This document shows, piece after piece, positions 57,882-64,000 of a DNA stretch of 64,000 nucleotides. The stretch spans positions 1,494,618-1,558,617 of the forward strand of contig CP181263.1 in assembly GCA_047834405.1 (NCBI GenBank). Reading direction: 5' to 3'. The position numbers and the translations under genes are program-made. The notes under the pieces were generated by a model that ran no database searches, was not told where the DNA came from, and was given only the letters and a program-made list of their open reading frames with translations. The number at the start of each line of letters is the position of its first letter. The stretch's first letter is position 1. The DNA is from Eubacteriales bacterium. Lineage in GTDB: Bacteria; Bacillota; Clostridia; Oscillospirales; Acutalibacteraceae.

Positions 57882-59675
57882 ATGGCTCTTGACGGAGCTT
57901 TTTTAAGACATATAAAAAAAGAAATAGAAGAAACGGCGCTCGGCGCGAAGCTGGATAAAATTTATCAGCCGAACAAAGAGGAAATGGTTTTAACCTTCCG
58001 CACACGAAGCGATACCATGAAGCTTCTGATGTCCGCAAGGGCGAACAGCGCGCGGATTCACTTTACGCAATACGTGCCGGAAAATCCGAAGTCCCCGCCG
58101 ATGCTCTGCATGCTTTTACGCAAGCGCCTGCTGGGGGCGCGCCTTGCGGAGGTTCGCCAACCGGGTTTGGAACGGTTGCTGTGCCTGGATTTTGACGCGG
58201 TCAACGAGTTGGGCGACCCGGTCCGCCTGACGCTGGTCATGGAAATCATGGGGCGGTACAGCAATATTATTTTTGTGGATGAAAACGGAAAAATCATTGA
58301 CGCCTTAAAGCGTGTTGATGCGGAAATGTCTTCCGAACGCCTTGTCCTTCCGGGGTTAACCTATCAGCTTCCCCCGCCGCAGAACAAGCTTTGCCTTTTA
58401 CAGGCTTCCATGCGGGAAATTGAGGACAGATTACAGAGCATTCCGTCCGATATGGAGCTTTCCAAGGCGCTGCTGAATCATTTACAGGGCCTTTCGCCGA
58501 TTGTCTGCCGTGAGCTAGCATATTTGACCGGGCGGGGCAGTGACGTCACCGTCAAAACCATGACAGCGGAACAGCGCGAACGGCTCTTCTTCTTTCTCGG
58601 AAGAATGGCTGAAACCGTGAAAAACAGGGATGGGAAGCCCTATATGGTGGTCAACCCGGCGCAGAAGCCGATTGACTTTTCTTTTTTCAATATCGAGCAA
58701 TATGGCCTGACAGCTGTGGTAAAATCGTATACGCGCTTTTCCGAGCTGTTGGATGCTTTTTATACGGAAAGGGATCGCATTGACCGTATGCGGGTGCGTT
58801 CCCAGGATTTACTGCGCGTTTTAACAACGGCCTCGGAACGGCTCAGCCGGAAAATCAATCTTCAGCGCGCGGAGCTGTCGCGCTGTGCCGAGCGGGATAC
58901 ATTGCGTATTTACGGCGATATTCTCAGCGCCAATTTATATACAATCCCAAAAGGGGCCAGTTTCGTCGAATTGCAGAATTTCTATGAGGAAGATCTGCCG
59001 CTTGTAAAAATCAAGCTGAACCCCGCGCTTTCCCCGTCGCAAAATGCGCAAAAATATTATAAGGAATACCACAAAGCCAGCACGGCGGAAAAAATGCTTA
59101 CGGTTCAAATCCAGCAGGCACAGCAGGAGCTGGAATATCTTGACTCGGTATTTGACGAGCTTAGCCGTGCGGCAACGGAACGGGATTTGTCTGAGATTCG
59201 GGAAGAACTGACCGAGCAGGGCTATATCCGCGCGTCGAAAGGCCGCCGCCAGAAACAGCCCGCGGCCATGGGGCCGATGGAGTTTGCGTCCTCCGACGGC
59301 TTCCTGATTCTGGTTGGGCGCAATAACCGCCAAAATGACCGCCTTACATTAAAACAGGCCAATAATAACGATATCTGGCTTCATACCAAGAACATACCCG
59401 GATCGCATACCATTATTGTGACGCAGGGGCGCGATGTGACCGAAACCGCGATTTTCGAAGCGGCGAATCTGGCGGCTTTTTACAGCAGGGGAAAAGAATC
59501 CTCCAAGGTCCCGGTGGATTACACCGAGGTTCGCCATGTCAGCAAACCGCAGGGGGCGAAACCCGGAATGGTCATCTACGTAAATTATAAAACCATTTAC
59601 GTAACACCGGATTCCGGTTTGGTAGATTCTCTCAAGTCAAATTTTAATGGCAAACGAATGGAATCCGTGCTATAA
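57882..59675 (+). CDS. rqcH: NFACT family protein (RqcH/Rqc2, FbpA/PavA-like)
   Basis: Motifs MALDG, LRK.L.G, EIMGRYSNII, NAQKYYK.Y, VGRNNRQND, WLHTKNIPGSH and VDYT. Confidence 0.92.
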   Translation: MALDGAFLRHIKKEIEETALGAKLDKIYQPNKEEMVLTFRTRSDTMKLLMSARANSARIHFTQYVPENPKSPPMLCMLLRKRLLGARLAEVRQPGLERLLCLDFDAVNELGDPVRLTLVMEIMGRYSNIIFVDENGKIIDALKRVDAEMSSERLVLPGLTYQLPPPQNKLCLLQASMREIEDRLQSIPSDMELSKALLNHLQGLSPIVCRELAYLTGRGSDVTVKTMTAEQRERLFFFLGRMAETVKNRDGKPYMVVNPAQKPIDFSFFNIEQYGLTAVVKSYTRFSELLDAFYTERDRIDRMRVRSQDLLRVLTTASERLSRKINLQRAELSRCAERDTLRIYGDILSANLYTIPKGASFVELQNFYEEDLPLVKIKLNPALSPSQNAQKYYKEYHKASTAEKMLTVQIQQAQQELEYLDSVFDELSRAATERDLSEIREELTEQGYIRASKGRRQKQPAAMGPMEFASSDGFLILVGRNNRQNDRLTLKQANNNDIWLHTKNIPGSHTIIVTQGRDVTETAIFEAANLAAFYSRGKESSKVPVDYTEVRHVSKPQGAKPGMVIYVNYKTIYVTPDSGLVDSLKSNFNGKRMESVL

Positions 59676-59700
59676 TATGGGACAAGTACGTTAGGGAAGT

Positions 59701-61245
59701 GTGCCAATGATAAAAGTAAAATCAGAGGATCTATTACGAGATACAATCCTTTTCGGGATAACAATTCTATTGATGTTAGCCGCCAATTTTTTCACCGTAT
59801 TGGGCGGGGATTTTTGGAAAACCGCGGTTGACGTTTTGTTTTTTGCCATCATTTCTTTAAATATTGCAATTGCCGCCAGTTTGATTCGCAACGTAAGGCG
59901 TGATTTTGCGTTACTGATCTTTCTTCTCACTTATAACGTCCTGCTTATGGGGCGTGTGTATACCTCCTGGTTCGGGTATCACCATAAGCTTCTTCTTCTT
60001 TTGGAAGCGGACGATTTCCCAAAGCTGTTTCAGTCGCTGCAACTGGTGGCTCTTTCTTTGTTCTGTGTCTATTTTGCCTACCGGCTGGCAGGGCCGATTT
60101 TTCACAAACGTGAATCCGCAATCAAGAAGCTCCACACCAAAGCGGTTTATGAAGACCATTTGGTCCCCATTATCCGCCGGCTCAGCACAATCGTGCTGTA
60201 TATCAGCTCGGTTCCATTCCTTTATATCCTATTTAAAACGGCGCTGGACGTTGTAAGGCATGGTTACCTTCAGTCATTCACAAATACATCGGATGTGCCG
60301 TCCGTTATCAGCCGGCTTTCCATGTTCTTTGTCCCTGCTTTTGCGGTTTTCCTTGCAACCCTGCCGAACAAGAAGCAGATGAAACTGCCGCTTGCGGTGT
60401 ACAGCGTCTATATGCTCGCGTCCCTTTTTACGGGCAGGCGGAATACCATTGTCTGTGAAGCGCTGATGCTTATCTTTTACTTTGTAATGCGCGACTCCCT
60501 GTTGGAAAAAGGCAAGCGGTTTTTAAAGAAGAGGATGGTAGCTTATGTCGGGGTATTCGGCGTAATTGCCATGTACTTTCTGCAGATGCTGGCGCTGGTC
60601 CGTTCAGGGGCTGAAAATACCCGCCGCGGGCTGGGCGAAATGCTGGTCAGCTTTATTGATTCCCAGGGAGCGAGCTTCCGCGTAATCGTGCAGACCGTGA
60701 ACCATATTCAATCGTTTAACCCGTCTACGACCTATTTGTATTTGTTTTATCCTTTCGAGCTGTTCATACACAATAATGTTGTTACCCGCACGTTATTCGG
60801 GTTTACTCCGATTATTGAAGTACAGAATTCGGAATTCGTCCAGACAACGCATAATTTCGGTCATGCGTTAACCTATATGGTCGATCCGGACCGTTATCTT
60901 TCCGGCGGCGGCTTCGGTACCTCTTATGTAGCGGAGGCGTATGTTGCTTACGGTGTTCTGGGTGTTATTTTCGTCAGCGCAATGATCGGCCTGATCTTCC
61001 GCTTTTTTGCTTCTTTATTGACGCACAACTGGGTGGTTATCACCTGCGGCTTGCTTGCCATTAAGAGCTTTGTGTATATCCCGCGTAATTTTGCGTTTTT
61101 ATGGGTTACCGATGTCTTTAATATTACGTATGTCTGTTTCTATGCTGCAATTTATCTTGCGGCGCTGTTTATTGCGAAGGGAACGCATGTCCGGCGGACG
61201 CATATGGATGTCCCCGAACCTCTTGTATTGGAGGAACGAATTTGA
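59701..61245 (+). CDS. wzy: O-antigen/polysaccharide polymerase Wzy
   Basis: About 12 TM segments with motifs TGRRNT, FIDSQGAS and YLSGGGFGTSYVAEAY. Confidence 0.8.
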   Translation: MPMIKVKSEDLLRDTILFGITILLMLAANFFTVLGGDFWKTAVDVLFFAIISLNIAIAASLIRNVRRDFALLIFLLTYNVLLMGRVYTSWFGYHHKLLLLLEADDFPKLFQSLQLVALSLFCVYFAYRLAGPIFHKRESAIKKLHTKAVYEDHLVPIIRRLSTIVLYISSVPFLYILFKTALDVVRHGYLQSFTNTSDVPSVISRLSMFFVPAFAVFLATLPNKKQMKLPLAVYSVYMLASLFTGRRNTIVCEALMLIFYFVMRDSLLEKGKRFLKKRMVAYVGVFGVIAMYFLQMLALVRSGAENTRRGLGEMLVSFIDSQGASFRVIVQTVNHIQSFNPSTTYLYLFYPFELFIHNNVVTRTLFGFTPIIEVQNSEFVQTTHNFGHALTYMVDPDRYLSGGGFGTSYVAEAYVAYGVLGVIFVSAMIGLIFRFFASLLTHNWVVITCGLLAIKSFVYIPRNFAFLWVTDVFNITYVCFYAAIYLAALFIAKGTHVRRTHMDVPEPLVLEERI

Positions 61246-62462
61246 AACTGCTGCTTTTACTGACGACTTCTTTTCCGTATGACAACGGCGAAGAATTTTT
61301 ACTCAATGAAGTGAATTATATCAAAGGCTTTGATAAAGTGCTGGTCTGCCCTTGTAATTTAAAAAAGGATTCCGTAGTCACGAAAAAACTGCCGGATTTC
61401 ATATCCTGTTATCCTCTGAAAACAATCGACAGCGGCAAGGGTGCGTACGCCTCGCTTTTGTGCAAGCCCTATATATGGCACGAGCTGAACCACTTATGGA
61501 AATCCGGCTCGTTTACTGCCGCGAAAGCACACGAAATGCTTTACTTTATGAAACGCGCGTTTGAAATTTACGGTGCGCTTTCCAATATCGAGGAGCTTCG
61601 TGCCGCGGATGAAGTGACCATTTACAGCTATTGGCTGTTCGACGCCGCAGCGGCCGGCGTGCTGCTCGCGAAGGATTTGAAGCAGCAGGGGAAAAAGGTG
61701 CTGCAGATTTCCCGCGCCCACCGTTTTGACATCTACAACGAATTTGCGAAATACAATTATATTCCGATGCGGGAATTTATTTTGCGCCATATTGACCGTG
61801 TTCTTCCCTGTTCGGCTTCCGGTACGGAGTATATTCGCGGGCAGTTTCCGCAGTATGCCGAAAAAATCCGTCCCGCCTTTTTGGGGACTTCCGATCACGG
61901 AGAAAACTACGGCAGCAGGGAAAACGGCTTCCATATTGTTTCCTGCTCTTTTATGGTGCCGGTCAAACGCCTTCACTTAATTGTGGAAGCGCTTCAAAAA
62001 GCGGATTTTCCCATTTTGTGGACGCATATCGGCTCCGGACCGCTCAACGATGAGATAAGGGAAATGGCTTCCAAGCTTCCTTCCTGCGTCCAAACGGAAT
62101 GGAAGGGGCAGATGGACAATGCCTCCATTATGGATTATTATAAAACCACCGCGATTTCCGCCTTTGTGAACGTCAGCGCCAGCGAAGGCATTCCGGTTTC
62201 TATTATGGAGATCAGTTCGTTCGGCGTACCGGTGATTGCAACGGATGTCGGCGGCACAGGGGAAGCGGTCATAACCGGTGAAAACGGGTATCTTTTGCCG
62301 GCGGACTTTTCCCCGGAAATGCTCTTGTCGCGCCTGCGCGCATTAAAGGAACTTCCCGACGGGGAATACGCGCGGCTTTGCCAAAACGCGCGCAGATTGT
62401 GGAATGAAAAGTTTAATGCGCAGAGGAATTACGAAAAATTTTATAAGGAGATCAGTCAATGA
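61242..62462 (+). CDS. Glycosyltransferase (GT4-like)
   Basis: Motifs PFPY.NGEEF-like, SRAHRFD, VKRLHLI and SEGIPVSIME. Confidence 0.88.
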   Translation: MKLLLLLTTSFPYDNGEEFLLNEVNYIKGFDKVLVCPCNLKKDSVVTKKLPDFISCYPLKTIDSGKGAYASLLCKPYIWHELNHLWKSGSFTAAKAHEMLYFMKRAFEIYGALSNIEELRAADEVTIYSYWLFDAAAAGVLLAKDLKQQGKKVLQISRAHRFDIYNEFAKYNYIPMREFILRHIDRVLPCSASGTEYIRGQFPQYAEKIRPAFLGTSDHGENYGSRENGFHIVSCSFMVPVKRLHLIVEALQKADFPILWTHIGSGPLNDEIREMASKLPSCVQTEWKGQMDNASIMDYYKTTAISAFVNVSASEGIPVSIMEISSFGVPVIATDVGGTGEAVITGENGYLLPADFSPEMLLSRLRALKELPDGEYARLCQNARRLWNEKFNAQRNYEKFYKEISQ

Positions 62463-63631
62463 ATTTGATGTATCTCACTTTTCAGGAGGATGCTCCGCTG
62501 TATTTGGGCGTAAAAAATAAGATAGAAGGCCAAATCAGCGCGTTCGAAAAGATGGGTTATCGGGTAACCTGTTCCATGTGGCAGGGAGGCCGTTTCCGCT
62601 TCTTTGGTGCGGATTCCTTTGAAAAGCCGCTTGACCCGGCAAAAAGGCTTATGAAACAGATGGCTGCCATTGCGAATGAATATATCGGCAGGCATCCGTT
62701 TGATGTTTTATACATGCGGCTTGACCGCATCAGCTCCGATGTGATTCGAATCTGTAAAACCGCCCGGGCGAATCATGTGAAAACCATCGTGGTGGAAATC
62801 CCGAATTATCCTTATTTGGGGGATTATGTACGCAATATAAAATATGCGAAGTCGCTGGGAACAAAAGCCAAAACGGCGGCAAAGGTTGCGGTGACGGTGC
62901 TGGACGACCGGCTGTCCGGCAGACAACTGAAGAAGTATGTTGACGCGGTTGTACTGTACGGGAACAAGGCGGATTCTTTCTTTGGCGTAAAAGCTATGAA
63001 CGGCGACAACGGGATTAATATTGACCGGATTGAACCGATTCCGCATTGTGCGGATACTGCGAAGGATATTGCGATTCTCGGGGTGGCCGGTACGCTCTGG
63101 TGGCAGGGCTATGACCGGATTTTACAAGGCATGAGCATATACAAACAGAAGCATTCCGACGGTCCGGCGCTGAAATTTGTGCTGGTCGGCGGGGATAAGA
63201 CGGAGATGCCCGAATTCCGCGCGCTGGTGGAAAAGCTGGGGCTGTCCGATGACGTTACCTTTTGCGGCTTTAAGAAAGGAAAAGAGCTTTCCGATATTTA
63301 CAAAACGGTGGATGTCGGCGCTTCCTCGCTGGGGTGCTACCGCAGGGGGCTGACGCGCTGTTCATCCTTAAAGGCGCGGGAATACTGCGCCGCGGCGCTT
63401 CCGTTCCTGTACGCCTATGACGATGCAAAGCTGAGGGATGACACACCCTTTGCCCTGCGCCTTCCGAACGACGAATCACCTGTCGATATGGACAAGGTGG
63501 TTGAATTTGTCCAGCGTTGCAGGAAGGATGCTTCGATTGCGCAGAAGGAGCGCGAATTTGCCGAAAAAAACTATGATTGGAAAACAATTATGAAGCAGGT
63601 TCTTGAATTTGCCGGTGCTTCAATGAAATAA
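62459..63631 (+). CDS. Glycosyltransferase (GT4-like)
   Basis: Motifs GV.NKI.GQ, EIPNYPY, WQGYDR and LK.REY.A.ALPF. Confidence 0.85.
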   Translation: MNLMYLTFQEDAPLYLGVKNKIEGQISAFEKMGYRVTCSMWQGGRFRFFGADSFEKPLDPAKRLMKQMAAIANEYIGRHPFDVLYMRLDRISSDVIRICKTARANHVKTIVVEIPNYPYLGDYVRNIKYAKSLGTKAKTAAKVAVTVLDDRLSGRQLKKYVDAVVLYGNKADSFFGVKAMNGDNGINIDRIEPIPHCADTAKDIAILGVAGTLWWQGYDRILQGMSIYKQKHSDGPALKFVLVGGDKTEMPEFRALVEKLGLSDDVTFCGFKKGKELSDIYKTVDVGASSLGCYRRGLTRCSSLKAREYCAAALPFLYAYDDAKLRDDTPFALRLPNDESPVDMDKVVEFVQRCRKDASIAQKEREFAEKNYDWKTIMKQVLEFAGASMK

Positions 63632-63666
63632 AACTTAAAAACAGAATTATATTTGGAGGATAACAT

Positions 63667-64000
63667 ATGGAATTATTCGTAAGTTTTTCAGAAGTGATGG
63701 ACTTTTTTAAGAAAACCAGGCTCCGATTTTTGATTGTAGTGGCTGTGTTCGGCATTGTATTTGGCCTGATGCCGCTGAAGTTTGTAAAGCATGTGTATAC
63801 CTGTGATACGACGATCGTGATATCCTGCGAGGTGCCGGAGGATGCTGGGACCGATTACCGGCTCCAATATACAAGTATTTTAAACAGCCGCGTGCAGACG
63901 GCGATCGCAATGGCTTCCGGTCAGGAAATTGTCACGCAGACCGCGCAGAAACTTGGCATTGACGAAAAAGAAATCAATTCGATTTCTGCTACACAGGTGA
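63667..64000 (+). CDS. Wzz/CpsC-like chain-length determinant (3' truncated by window edge)
   Basis: Hand-translated open frame MELFVSFSEVMDFFKKTRLRFLIVVAVFGIVFG..., with an N-terminal TM helix, RBS GGAGG and polysaccharide-locus context. Confidence 0.6.
   Translation, partial: MELFVSFSEVMDFFKKTRLRFLIVVAVFGIVFGLMPLKFVKHVYTCDTTIVISCEVPEDAGTDYRLQYTSILNSRVQTAIAMASGQEIVTQTAQKLGIDEKEINSISATQV

Overview
A 64-kb chromosomal segment of a motile, spore-forming Clostridia-type bacterium (Oscillospiraceae/Ruminococcaceae-like, inferred from gene content and sigA/sigH/sigma28 signals). It holds housekeeping genes (prfC, metY, lysA, ppa, mgsA, comM, dinB, sigH, trmK, NFACT/rqcH), two tRNAs, a flagellar cap/chemotaxis cluster and the start of a Wzy-dependent polysaccharide locus. 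No CRISPR array, rRNA, integrase or transposase is visible. The most notable items are: (1) an 11-gene GntR-headed nucleoside-type catabolic operon that ends in a stand-alone, active-site-altered TrpA-like enzyme and also encodes a BtpA/SgcQ barrel; (2) an unannotated 31-aa Met/Cys leader peptide with anti-SD pairing upstream of metY; (3) a secreted Cys-rich 82-aa peptide missing from the ORF track, in an AT-rich islet behind tRNA-Pro; (4) an orphan BREX PglX methyltransferase; (5) mgsA coupled to a His-less HPr (Crh-like); (6) a fluoride riboswitch on ppa; (7) a shrunken tRNA-like fold between sigH and a zinc-ribbon gene. Three genes are disrupted: an RlmI-like methyltransferase, a DNRLRE/BclA/beta-helix surface protein and an SH3-GH18 hydrolase.
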